64,000 nt of DNA from Octopus vulgaris (Eukaryota). Numbering within the stretch: position 1 is the stretch's first letter; the number at the start of each line of letters is the position of its first letter. The DNA lies in assembly GCA_951406725.2 (NCBI GenBank), contig OX597838.1, positions 6,944,001 through 7,008,000 on the forward strand, in the 5' to 3' direction. Positions 26,075 to 39,599 of this stretch are shown one piece after another. The position numbers were made by a program, and so were the translations under genes. The notes beneath the pieces were generated by a model that saw only the letters and a program-made list of their open reading frames with translations, was not told the DNA's origin and did no database searches.

Positions 26075-26097
26075 ACATATCTATCTATATATATGCA

Positions 26098-26160
<63 letters not shown>

Positions 26161-26916
26161 ATATGGGAGGTGTCTGTGTATTGTTTTAGTTTTCTCTCAG
26201 CCTAAGTGAATATCATTTCATTGTAATAAAAACACATAAAAACAAACTGCAGAAACAAAAAAGCAACTTAAAAAGGAAAACAAAATGGAATAAAAGCAAG
26301 CATACGCGACAAATAAATAAATAAATTCGTATAGACAGATCTAAAAGCCTGCAGTCTAAATATTCAGAAATGGTCTTTAAAAAAAACCGTAGAAGTTTCG
26401 TTAGCGCCAGAGGAAACAGTGTTTACAGAAACGTACAAGCGATTGAGTTTCTAAGGACTAAGCGGACCATTTTAGCTGAAAGTCGGAATATTGTGGAAAT
26501 CACCAGCACGATGCTTTTAGGTTTTTGCTTTTTTTTTTTTACCATTAAGAATATTGAGTTTCAATCTGCTTAAGGACGGGATTCCAGTATTTCACATGAA
26601 ATTTAGAGACTAGACGCTACTTAAACACGCTTACGAAAGAGAGACGATATTCTTTGTATGGATGGAGGTAAACACAGACAAATGTTCTATACACACACAG
26701 ACATGCATTTAAACATAAACCCACCAATATATATCGTATAAATACATAAATAAATATATATACATTCACATATTGATATAATCTATGCACACATACACAC
26801 ATTTATATATATATATATGTGTGTGTATCGATGTATATATTAAATATATATTGAGATATATATATATCTATATGCATATATATTTCTGTATATACATATA
26901 TACATCCTTATATATT

Positions 26917-26960
<44 letters not shown>

Positions 26961-27049
26961 TATATACATATTTGCATATATATAAGTATATAAATATCTA
27001 TATGTATATTTATAGACACACACTCATATATACATACATACATACATAT

Positions 27050-27652
27050 ATTTATATGGTTTAGGACAATCAGTTAGGTGTCATAAGAGTACTCGGAGCT
27101 TCAAATTCTGGAGCTAAGAGCTACGACGCATTCTTATAGGCTATTAATGGCAATAAACGCTATGAAAAGCCGTTGAATAAAAGGCAAGTTACTCTAATAA
27201 AAATATAACATAAAAGATAAAGAATACGCGCAACCAAATTATCACAATACATAGACATAAAACTTCCTGCGTTCATAACGTCTACATTGGTACAGTCACA
27301 CAATCAAGTATATATACATGCATATACACACACCAACATATATGTGCATGAACGTACTCATAGATATTCGTTTGTGTGTGTATGTGCATGTACGTATACA
27401 CATGTGTGTTAGTGTGTACGTATGTAGACGTTATGAACGCAGGAGGTTTTATGTTGATTGATCGTGAGAGTGTGGTTGCCTCTATGCTTTATCTTATATT
27501 TTCTTACCTATGAAAGTAACTCCCCTTTTGTCCAACGGTTTTTCATAGCGTTTATTGCCATTAATACGAGAATGCACCATATCCCTTTGCTACGGCACGT
27601 GGAACTTAGAGTACTAATATGACAATTTACTGATTGTTTTAAACTATACATA
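27050..27652. mobile_element. About 600-bp foldback (palindromic) MITE
   Basis: 27142-27168 is a perfect 27-bp inverted repeat of 27540-27566. A 33-bp arm pair (acataaaacttcctgcgttcataacgtctacat) has one mismatch. The termini also pair. Confidence 0.85.
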
Positions 27653-27713
27653 TACAAATATTTTGGTTATTATAATATATATATATATATATATAAAATG
27701 TATATATATATAT

Positions 27714-28021
27714 GTGGAGTCGCAAAGGCCCAGTGGTTAGGGCAGTGGACTCGCGGTCGTAGGATCGTGGTTTCGATTCCCAGACCAGGCGTTGTGAGTG
27801 TTTATTGAGCGAAAACACCTAAAGCTCCACGAGACTCCGGCAGGGGATGGTGGCGATCCCTGCTGTACTCTTTCGCCACAACTTTCTCCCACTCTATCTT
27901 CTGTTGGCCTCCTCGCTTACCCAGCGGGGTGGCGTCATTTGAAGGCTAAAACAATGCGAAGCGCATTGTGATCAGCAATGTGTAGCACCATCTGATAGCC
28001 TGGTCGATCACGGTGATCACG

Positions 28022-28026
<5 letters not shown>
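27714..28026 (+). mobile_element. SINE family A, full length
   Basis: A-box ggcccagtgg, B-box gtttcgattcc, and a tail ending cacggtgat twice. Inserted in (TA)n. Confidence 0.9.
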
Positions 28027-28086
<60 letters not shown>

Positions 28087-28485
28087 GCACACATTATCGA
28101 GATAGATATCTGAGAGATCTAATTTGTTAATTAATTAATTAATTAATTAACAAATTCACCTACAGTTGTTTCCTTTCACAAACTAAATTAAAATTACAAG
28201 ACATGTATAAATATATAAGTTAGCATTTTAAATACCTCTGTTGCAGAGACCCCTTCCTTCGTCTACGATAGATGAGATCACGATCTACATGTATATGAGT
28301 GTGTAACCGTGTGTGCGTGCGTGTATGTGTAAAATAATATCAATATGCTTTCATGCACATTTAATAATCGGCGAACGAAATATTTCCATCAGAGTCCGCT
28401 ATTTCAATCGATGTATGATAGGGCGCGGAGCTTTGGCGCCTCTATGTTCTACATGGCTTGTTTGATAGATAATTTCAACATAACA

Positions 28486-28688
28486 GGCGAAGGAGTGGCT
28501 GTGTGGAAAGCAGCTTGTTTACCAAACACATGGTTTAGGGTTCAGTCCAACTGCGTGGCACCTTGGGCAAGTGTCTTCTACTATAGCGCTGGGTCGACCA
28601 AAGCCTTCTGAGTGGATTTGGTAGACGGAAACTGAAAGAAGCACGTCGTATATATGTATGTATATATATATATATATATATACATATA

Positions 28689-28727
<39 letters not shown>

Positions 28728-28936
28728 TGTGTTTGTGTGTATATTTGTGTGTGTCTAATGTTTGTCCACCCAACAACGCTTGACAACCGATGCTGGTGTG
28801 TTTACGTCGCCGTAACTTAGCGCTTTGCCAAAAGACACCGATAGAATAAGCTTACAAATTGCTGGGGTCGATTAGCTTGACTAATGCGGTGCTCCAGCAT
28901 GGCCACATTCAAATGACTGAAACAATTAAAAGAGAG
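28486..28936 (+). mobile_element. SINE family C (CORE-like), full length with an internal TA/TG microsatellite
   Basis: Head ggagtggctgtgtgg...gggttcagtcc, CORE-like ccttgggcaagtgtc, and 3' gtgctccagcatggcc...actgaaac. Confidence 0.9.
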
Positions 28937-28986
28937 TAAAAGGGAGAGTATACTAGACTATATGTATTTAAATAGATATAAATATA

Positions 28987-29023
<37 letters not shown>

Positions 29024-29645
29024 ACACACACACACGCACAATTATATCACCAAGTATGAATTTCTGTACTAACGGATATCTGTTGTCCGTTGCAAGCAGT
29101 TTTCTACTAAAAGTTCATTTTACACGTAGGCATTTATCAAGAGGCATCTCAAAGTAATTAGCACTTAAAGTATAATATTGCAACTTAAATGCGCCAAGAT
29201 AGAAACACACTGAGACATACACTGTCAGACACAAGCTTTGTAAAATACACTCCAATATATGTGTGTGTATGTGTGCTTGCGTGCGTGCGCGTGTGTGGGA
29301 AAGAGAGTGTCTCTGTTCGTATGTGTGCGTGCGTGCGTTGAGGAGTGTGTGTTTATGTGATTACACTATTGTGTAAAACATGTCAAGGGGAACCGAGCTT
29401 GGTTTGAAGTAGAGAATTTCCCCCCACGAGGGAAATATTTATCTGAATGTTACTACAATCCAGTACCGTTTAATTTAACTGCTGCTTTGCCATCTGTTAG
29501 CAACGAAGCTATATCTATATCTATATATATATATATGTGTGTGTGTGATGTATGTATATATATGTATATATATGTATATATATATATATGTGTGTATGTA
29601 TATATATATATATATATGAGTGTGTGTGTGTATTATATATATATT

Positions 29646-29691
<46 letters not shown>

Positions 29692-29774
29692 GATAGATAG
29701 ATAGATTGATAGACAGATAGATAGATACATAGGCAGATAGACTGATAAATAGATAGACAGATAGACAGACAGAC

Positions 29775-29843
<69 letters not shown>

Positions 29844-30044
29844 TACACACACGTGTGTGTATTCAAACTAATAATTTCCTCAGCGTCTAGCTGCTGAATT
29901 GTATAAATAAACTTGTGTATACATTTACATCTTTCATTTCACAGAAACCAATTACGGTTGCGGATTTGTTTCAAAGTCATTCAATCGAAGAACCAAGTTC
30001 TCAACACTTGACGCACATGTAACGACTATCGTTTTGAATTAATG

Positions 30045-30215
30045 TTTTCAAATTATGGCAAAATGCCAGAAACTTTAAGAGAGGGAGCAAGTCGATTAAA
30101 CAGACGCCCACTCTGCAAACGGTGCGTATATGGTCGACCCTCGAAAAAAATGAAAAACGCTGTTGAACTTTGAGGTACTTGAATTCTAAACGTAGAGATG
30201 GATGCAATGCCGCCA
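30045..30215 (-). mobile_element. SINE family B, strongly decayed
   Basis: gtcgaccctcgaaaaaaatgaaaa and cttgaattctaaacgtag remnants. Confidence 0.55.
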
Positions 30216-30612
30216 CAGAGTTTGCAGGTCATTTTATTTGTTTGAAACCAACCTGTCTTACTGCCGTTTAATAGTAGTAAAAATAATCAAAAGTAATAAA
30301 ACAATGTACGTACTTTGTTTTGCATTCTCTCAGTGTACTCCGAAAAATATATAATTAATGCAAATAAACAAAAAATTAAAAATAGAAAACATATAAATTT
30401 AGGAGTTAGTTATAGGTTTTTAATTATAGAATTATTAATTTACCGGTACTGTTTTTGTACATGGAATAAATGTGGAATAAATTGAAAAGTACTGCCCAGG
30501 TGTCGAAACCATAGTGATGTCCGTGGGGCAGCTGATGAAGGAGGTGTATTGGATTGTTGGTATGGTTGTTATTGTGTGTGTGGAATAGTTTTATAAGACA
30601 TATGTGTGTATG

Positions 30613-30664
<52 letters not shown>

Positions 30665-30802
30665 TACACATATATATCTACACATACTACATATGATACA
30701 ATACTTACAATGTTGATAAATAAACAGATATGCATATATATATATATAAATATATATATATATATGTTTGTGTGTATGTAAGTATATATGTTTGTGTGTA
30801 TG

Positions 30803-30847
<45 letters not shown>

Positions 30848-31174
30848 GTGTGTAAGTGTATATATATATCAGATTCATTTTCATGATGAAGCTTTATGTT
30901 TATGATGCGATGTTGTTTTTTAAATGCAATGTAATTTTTTTAAAATTAATATTCCCACTATCATCCTGAAAATGTGTACCTCATGCGAGATTGATATACA
31001 AAACTTCAACGCCTAAATATAGTCATGTTCCTATAATGCGTGTTGGTGTGTGAGTCTCTGTGTATAGATATATGTATGTATACATTAGTGTACTACTGCA
31101 TATATATGAATGTAATTGCACAAACACATATACATGTCTGTATGGATATATGTACATGAATTCTCACATCACAA

Positions 31175-31245
<71 letters not shown>

Positions 31246-31418
31246 TATATACATATGTGTGTGTGTGGATAGGAATATGTACATTTTATTTCTACCTGTT
31301 TGTACTGGCAGGTGCTTGCTTGGTTTCCTTTAAAACCAAATCTACATTCTTCCTTGCGCACGTTTAATATGATATATTGTACGACCTTATGTATAAATGT
31401 ATGATGTCTGCTTTTAAC

Positions 31419-31449
<31 letters not shown>

Positions 31450-31978
31450 AAACACACACGATTTACATACACACATACACGTGAATATGTGTATATGTGT
31501 CTGGGCGCAAGTATGTATATGTAATACTACAATATGTACACAGAAGGACATAGTTTAATATGTATTCATAAACACATAGACCATCCACATAGCTATAGAA
31601 CTGGCAATCTCAATATCTTCATACATACACATTCTTATAGGGAGACGTGTTGGGTGCAAACATATATGTATGCGCCTATGTACCCAGGTTTCTAATCCTG
31701 GTTCTCTCTCATACTTACTACATTATGTCGACTGCAATATAAAGCACACAATGCATTTTTCGGAATTGTACATAGAGGTAATTACATATATAAATACCCC
31801 CATTCCTTGTAAACATAGATAGAATTCACACCCACACACACGTACACACATACACACACACACACACACGGACACACATACGCATGCACTTGCACAACCG
31901 TAAATGCGCCTCGGTGCGAATGCATGCGAATCTACGTGTGTGCACTCTGCAACTATATATGTATGTATGTATATATGG

Positions 31979-32029
<51 letters not shown>

Positions 32030-32064
32030 GTATATATATATGTATATTTATATATATATGTATG

Positions 32065-32172
<108 letters not shown>

Positions 32173-33263
32173 GCAAAAATATACACGACCCTACTTACAT
32201 CAAGTTAATCACACAAAAAGCAATCCATTCTCAAGGAATGCTCAACCGAACTCTAAGAGTATGGCAACAGACTATGAAGAATATTACCAGCAACACTCCC
32301 ACTGCCATCTCTACTTCTACTACTGCTGTTAAACAATAAAACCAACTCAACGACCACAAACACCGACGTAACCGACTCCCCCCCCAACTTAACCGCCACC
32401 CCACCACCACAAATATACGTGCGGACGTGTGTATGTAGAATTATACATCGTTCCCAAAAAAGCTACAAGCATTTTGCGTCTCTGTATCTCCATCTTTTCT
32501 GTTTGCTTCTGAAGATATCTATCAACCTGTCTATCAATCTAACTACTATTTTTCCATCTCTCACACATCAAATCTACCTATCTATAAGTCTATCTAAACA
32601 TCAATTTATCCATCTATCCATCTATCAATCAATCAAACTATCTATCTATCAATCTATCTATTTATCTATCTTTGTATCCATTTATCTATCTATATTTCAC
32701 ATACATCTGTCTCTGTTTAATACGTACATATATACATCTATCTATCTATCTATCTATCTATCTACCTACCTATCTATTTCTGTATCTTTTGTCGGTCGAT
32801 CTATCTGTCTGTCTATTTATCTCTCTGTCTATCTATGTATATGTCTATCTATCTATCTATTTATCTACTATCTATTTATGTAGCTAGCTATGTACCTTTC
32901 TACCTACATAACTAGCTATCTAGCTAGCTGTCTACACATCTATCAATCTATCTATCTATCTCTCAATCTACCTACCCCTACCTACCTATATATATATATA
33001 TATAACTATATATATATAGTTATCTTTCTATCTATCAATCTATATATCTATTAATCTATCTATCTATGTCCCTATCTACCTACCTACCTATCTATCTACG
33101 TATCTGTCTATCATTCTATCTACATATTCGACTTATTTTTTTTACCGTTGTGTGTTTTTTTTAGAACGTGTCTCTCTAGAACTCTGTTCCTCTATCCATG
33201 CGAACCACTGCAATCAATAAGAACTGCAATTCTACAATAACATTAGTTTTCCTATTTCCACTG

Positions 33264-33331
<68 letters not shown>

Positions 33332-34699
33332 GCTACTACTACCACTACTACTACGAATTCTTGTACCCTCAAAGACCAAATGCAAGCAGTGCATACATCA
33401 AAAATCTAACAGCAATAACCAGCAACTACACCACGAAAACCACTTCAACCAACACCGACATCAGCAGCACCAACGAACAAGAAAAAGCCACAAAAAAAAA
33501 AACCAAACAAAAAACACTATTCCTTCTCTAGCATCCAGAACATTAACATCAACCACAGACACAAGACCATCAGCTAATACAAGCATCCACCCCCACCCCC
33601 TTATACTCCTCCTCCTCCACCTCCTCCACCACCACCAGTGCATCGAACAACAGCACCACCACCACCACCAACAACAACAACAACGAACGAAACAGCAACA
33701 GAAACTAATACGCCAATCAGTATATCAAGGCCAACTCCATCTTACAAACCAGCTTCCATTTCGTTTGTGAAAGGAATTCAATGTTTTGTAATCTCTTTCA
33801 GAAACGCACCAGCTGTCTGCCTTCTTCTCTTGTGTTTAGTAGTAATATTGTTTTTGTTTTTTTCTATCTTGTTTTCTTTCTTTATTTTATTTGTTTTGTT
33901 TTATTTCCTAAGATGGTTTTGAAACTCGAGAGAAATGTCTGCCACATATGTTTGGCCGTGGAACAAACTGACTCTTGCTCCATCTCTATGCACTACACCA
34001 TCCTTCTGTCTCTTCGTTCTCTAACCATCCTTCCATCCGTTTTCCTTTGTCTGTCTGTCCGTCTGTTTGTCCTTTAGTAGCTCATCTGGACAACTCTTGG
34101 ATATAAAATTAAGTGCTTAAACGAATACACCTTCACACAGCATATTCTCACACATACACACACATACACACATACACACATGTACACAGTTATACATATA
34201 TGCGTACATACGTAAATACATACAGACAAACACGTACAGACACCCCCATACATTATACATAAATGTATAAATGTGATGCGCATATATATTTAGTAAAAAA
34301 GCTGAAAAAGCATAAATTTTGCATATGCTTCATATTTTAATTGCGTTCTTTTATTAAGATAAACACCGGCGAACGTATAATTGCATAATTATGATAGAGA
34401 ATTATTTTAAATTTGAATGAATTAACTTAAATTAATTTAAAAGCAATATTTAACCAAAACATCAGTAATGTGTTGTTTTTTAGTATATACATAATTATGA
34501 GTTATATGTACGTATACGTGCATGCATACAAACATTTAGCATTTAACACTTTCGCTTTTCTTTTATTTAAAGTCTTTGAAGAAGGTCTACCATCCGAAAT
34601 GTCTAATTACAAATTGTTTTTAGCTCTTAGTAATATACTGACCTTGTACCCCTAGGTATTTTTCCGAGACATTTTATTATTTCAAGTAACTCTACATAG

Positions 34700-37550
34700 G
34701 GGTGTGACCGTAAATATTTTTTACTAATATGCCATTTTGTACTTGCCCCTATTGACGTTAGAGATAGTACTATCTTGTATGTTTGTGCCTCTTCTGAGTA
34801 TCTGTCTGATCTGCAGAGATATTATCTCTACAATGCTGTTATACAATAACTGTTGACTAAGAACTGTATAGGTTTCTAAACGACTGTGTTTTGTGCTGTC
34901 TGTGAATAGGATATGACAATAGGATATGACTCTTGCCTCCGCAGCATAAAATGTCCTTCAAATACTAAGAGACGTGATGTTTCAATTTACGCATCTTTGT
35001 TTTGATATGCGTATATATCCTGTGTGTTTACTATATACACATGCTATGAAGTTCAATGCAGCGATTACTTTTTTTACTTGCGTTTTTGTAGTTTGTCTTA
35101 CCGAATCAAAGTTTACCTTGCTGTCTGAAACAATCCATGCTAGTTCGAATATGATGCTAATAAACTTTATTATAGCTCCCTCTGTTGATCAAATATGTTA
35201 CCAATTATTGTGACCCGTCTTTTCGTCCGATGTCGCTTTATCCAACGTCACTTCGTCCTCGTCTTGTGATCCGATATGTTTTTGTCCTATGATATTTTTG
35301 TCCAACGACATTTTATCCAAATGTTAAATAAGCTCTTTAGAAATCAATATTAACACCAGAATCAAATAGTCATTGAGATTTTATTGATAGAATATTATTG
35401 ATATTGACGTCGGACGAAAAAACGTCGGACGAAGTGATGTCGGATGAAAAGTTTTAGCACCGCCAATTATTATTCTTTCTATAATCTCCGTGGTATTGCT
35501 TTTGTTACTATGTCGTCTGTATGTGTTGAATATATGTCATATGTAACTCTTAGTATTTTTCTCCGTCTGTGGTGAGATTTTGTTGTTGATGCTTAGTTGT
35601 GTTTAAACTCCTCGGATATTGCACGTAAAATAGGGCACACTGGATTTTGTAGGTCCTAATTTTTAAGCCATTTATCACTGTTATTTAATAAAGATTGAAT
35701 AATTTGGGCAGCCAAATATGAGTGAATGCAACGTTATTTCAGTGTGAGATTTATGAAGATATGAGATCGTTTGAAGCGATAAGGGAAAAACAGTCGATTA
35801 TTTGTGGAAAATCTGTGCTGAAAGATTCTTGTGAGCTATCTTCAGTCCTGCAAGAAATTTCCAAGAAATATTCTAAATGTATTGCCCGACATCTTTTTAA
35901 TGTATATAGACATATGACAAAACTAATTCTGACTGTAAAATATACTGTAGTTTGACCTGACATTTTAGAGTATCAGTTCTATGTAAGTTTTAAAATGATT
36001 ACTTATTTCTCTTCTCTACATGTATGTTCGTTTTCTTCCATATTCTACTTTGAGACATAAGTTTCAAAGTTTGAAAAATTATGTCTATTGTTCGTGTTTC
36101 TTACGTTCCTGCAACATCCAAACATTTTTTCATCGTAAATCTACTTTCATGTTAATTCTGCTATTATATACTAAAGGAACAATTTTTCTTATTTTTGTTT
36201 TGTCATCTTTCTCGTATATTCTGCCTTATAACATTCTTCATTTTTTTTTTATTTTTGTTATCGTTATTCTGAGCATTACATTCTATTCTCATCTTGATGT
36301 GCGATTAGAATATTTCTGAAAAGTTTCGTTCCTTTCTGCTCAACATATTCGTTGCGAATATTACAAGACACGCACAAATATATATCCAACGTTAACAAAT
36401 AACGAACCGAAAATATTAACAACTCGCTCATAACCTTTGATTCTCCTTTTCTGGAACGTAACGATGTCAATACATATAGCTAACCTGTTGATGCTTTCTC
36501 CATGTACCACTTCCAAATGGAATGATAGTCACAATTCTTACATGCCATATTTTCGATTCAATAGCTAAATCAGTATAATTCTTTCGTATAGGCACGATAT
36601 TAGAGTATATTATCAAACTTCTATTGTTATTTTTCCTATAGAAAATTATATGATGTTTGTTGTAAACTAGTTCTTTATACGTGTTTTTCTAAATTCCATA
36701 TACATTTAATTTGTTATTTTCTAAGCCACGTAAAGAAATGTTTTCCTCAGCATATTATGAAAACCAAACTGTGAGATAACTGTCGTTCTCGTGTCAGGCG
36801 ACCGTTTTGTAAATAATGCGTTTTGTAAATATTTCATATATGAGAACATTTTGGAAGTATGCTGTTGTGTTGTTGGTATAAGTGTTTTAATTATAAGATT
36901 GTATAGAATAGCATACTTTCTCAACTGAAAAGTTTAATTCATAAATAATTTTAAAACAGGCTTAATGAACTTCTGAAGCCTCACAATAGATTTAAATCCT
37001 GACAAATTCCAACGATATAGAAAAGCCAAAGACACAATAATAACATATCAAAAGTCGTTCCAAATACAACTGTAGTCATATATAACTTTTTTGATAACAA
37101 TACCAATCACATTTCCAATATATTCTCTGTCGAAGAATCTGCCAATCACACTGAATACTAAGATAACAATACATTAACTGAGAGCATATTCTGAGAAACA
37201 TTGAGACAGTGTAGCAAAATGACCATAACATAACACACACCATTTCTTTAGAATAAATGTAATCACCAATAAATGTAGAAAACTTTTACCATAGACATAC
37301 AGATGTTTCCGCCAAGAAATACGAATGCAATAAACTAGAGCAATGCAAATGTTCGTTATAGCAATATTGAAAACATTTCTACCTATATAGCTATTAGTAA
37401 TAAAGAAAATAATGGAAAAAATAACAAGAGGAATATCCCACTTCAGTGCAACTGCAACTTTGTAATTTCCTGTTTTCGCCATAACAGGTTTATGACGAAG
37501 GGAAGCATGTAGAAAACCGAGGCATCTTTGGCTGAGTGCATCGAAAGAAC
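34700..37550 (-). pseudogene. Decayed large exon: multi-pass membrane (class C GPCR 7TM-like) region plus long C-terminal tail
   Basis: Acceptor tgttatgtAG before 37550. One frame runs 37548-36721 (276 codons) with only four stops (37174, 37048, 36934, 36721) and hydrophobic blocks LKWDIPLVIFSIIFF, YGKSFLHLLVITFIL and ATLSQC..ALS*CIVILVFSVI. Coding-like but disrupted frames continue to about 34.7 kb. Confidence 0.4.
35210..35462. mobile_element. Foldback/Mutator-like MITE with 15-bp subterminal repeats and a 9-bp TSD
   Basis: TSD ccaattatt at 35201-35209 and 35463-35471. Left units resemble cacttcgtccaacgt; right units resemble gacgtcggacgaaaa in inverted orientation. Confidence 0.8.
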
Positions 37551-37762
37551 CTACATAACATTAATCCAAAATATGTTTAAGAAATGATACAATCAATATA
37601 ATCATTCATTCAAACACCTAAAAAAGCATGATATTCTACATCCCCGTCTGAATACTGAGGGTGCCTAAAGAAAAGGATATGGTGAAAATATGGAGATAGG
37701 CTCGTGAATTATCGTTAATACATATTGCACATATGCTCGACCCCCAATAGACATTAACATAT

Positions 37763-38185
37763 CTATTTCTATTTCTTTACTACCGACAAGGAGCTAAACA
37801 CAGAGAGGACAAACAAGGACATACAAACGGATTAATTCGATTATATCGACCCCGGTGCATAACTGGTACTTAATTTATCGACCCCGATAGGATGAAAGGC
37901 AAAGTCGACCTCGGCGGAATTTGAACTCAGAACGTAACGGCAAACGAAATAACTATTTCTGTACTACCCAACAGAGGCTAAACACAGAGAGGACAAACAA
38001 GGGCAGATAAACGGATTAAGTCGATTATATCGACCCCAGTGCGTAACTGGTACTTATTTAATCGACCCCGAAAGGATGAAAGGCAAAGTCAATCCTCGGC
38101 GGAATTTGAACTCACAACGTAACGCCAGACGAAATACCGCAAAGCATTTCGCCCGGCGTGGTAACGTTTCTGTCAGCTCGCCGCC
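37763..38185 (-). mobile_element. SINE family B, dimeric
   Basis: Two core-plus-tail units with a junction near 37952, the same junction as at 19071. Confidence 0.9.
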
Positions 38186-38760
38186 TTTTCTGTTGATATA
38201 TTAACGTCTATAAGAGACATTAATATATCAACAGAAGAAATTTTCACAGAGCATGAAGCCACAGAAAATTTTAGGAGAGAAGTTATGGTGCTAGGGTTCA
38301 AATCATTTTAGCGTTAGTGTGTATTTTCTATATTGAGCATTTGAGGAATCGTCTGCTGACTCTTCCTTCGATGAATTATGCGAATTGAAGAATTTTATAT
38401 ATACTGCATTCATTTATTACCTGAGAATTATTTTTACCGTTTCTGAGGTTTCTTATAAATTTAATTCAAAGCATATGTCATAAGTTTTATCCAACGATGT
38501 CTGTATGTGAGCGCTCTCTTTCGCACATACCTCGAGTGTAAGTGGCTGTAGGCACGTGGGCGTGCATTTGAGTGTGTGTTGACATACGAACATGTCAGCT
38601 AAAAAATGGCAGGTAACTCGATAAATCTTAAAATTTTCACTTTCAACAAATGCTAAACCATATTTTACCTTTTACAGAAAACCCTTTTTAGAATAATACC
38701 TTTCGTATGTTCAAATTTTAATCTATTTTTGATAACTATATTAATTACAATGCTATCTAC

Positions 38761-38827
38761 TCTAATCTTGTTGTAATCATAACGTCAATAAAATTATTAC
38801 ATTTTCTCTCTTTTATTTCAGGTAAGT
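38761..38827 (+). promoter_or_regulatory. Candidate recursive splice site (zero-length exon)
   Basis: ttttctctcttttatttcAG (to 38821) is immediately followed by GTAAGT (38822-38827). A CTAAT branch-like motif lies at 38762. Confidence 0.5.
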
Positions 38828-39314
38828 TGAATTATATTACTTGTGGAAATATTTCTAAAGATAAGTAATACAAATATTTTTCTTATTTTTCAAATTGCAT
38901 TCTTTTTATATTATTTTCTATATTTTCTCCTTTTTCAAATCCTGTTTCTATTATTAATCTAATATATATTCATATGAAAAAGAACGTATCAATCATCGGA
39001 GTTATTATATGGCTTGTTTTGGGGGTTTTTCTTTTATATATTTTCTTATCATTTATTGATACATATCACAACCAACGTGGAGCTTGACGTTTGAATTTAT
39101 TGTAGAATGAAATATCTATAGCATATCGCACGGATATACGCGTGCTTTTTTTATTTCTTTCATCTTATCTTTCCTCACTCTACTTCTCCACCTTATTATT
39201 CCTCCTCCTTCTCATCATCATCATCATCATCTTCTTCTTGTTCTTTTGCCTTCTCCGCGCCATTCTTTATGTCTTTATTTTATGTAATTCGCTTTTGCTG
39301 CCGGCACGTTCTTT

Positions 39315-39599
39315 TTAAATTTTGAGTTCAAATTTTGCCTGCGACAACGTTATCTTCAACACTTCAGGGTCTATAATCGAATTGATTGCGTTCATTACAT
39401 CGACTAACGTGCTCCTAACAAAATTTCTTGCCCCGTGTTTATCTAAGGATGCAAGTGCCATTAAAGGTAAAGTAGTTTTAGCAGCTTCTTCAAGGCGTCG
39501 AGAAACTTGTTTTACGGTTTTTAGTTGCCGTTCTTCAGACTTCAAATCTCGCTGACATTCTTTTTCCCTTCCTTTATTTCGGGACGATAAAGTATAGTG
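39315..39599 (-). other. Coding-like candidate exon, unknown product
   Basis: Acceptor gtgtttcgctAG at 39601-39600, then an open frame HYTLSSRNKGREKECQRDLKSEERQLK...KFELKI*. Confidence 0.25.

Noticed and set aside
34571-34606. Hammerhead-like TTGAAGA...GAAATGTC
   Set aside because: The core C is mutated and there is no stem I; at best a dead relic.
38405-38435. Minus-strand CAG|GTAAT as a second recursive site
   Set aside because: The polypyrimidine tract is poor and the donor is weak.
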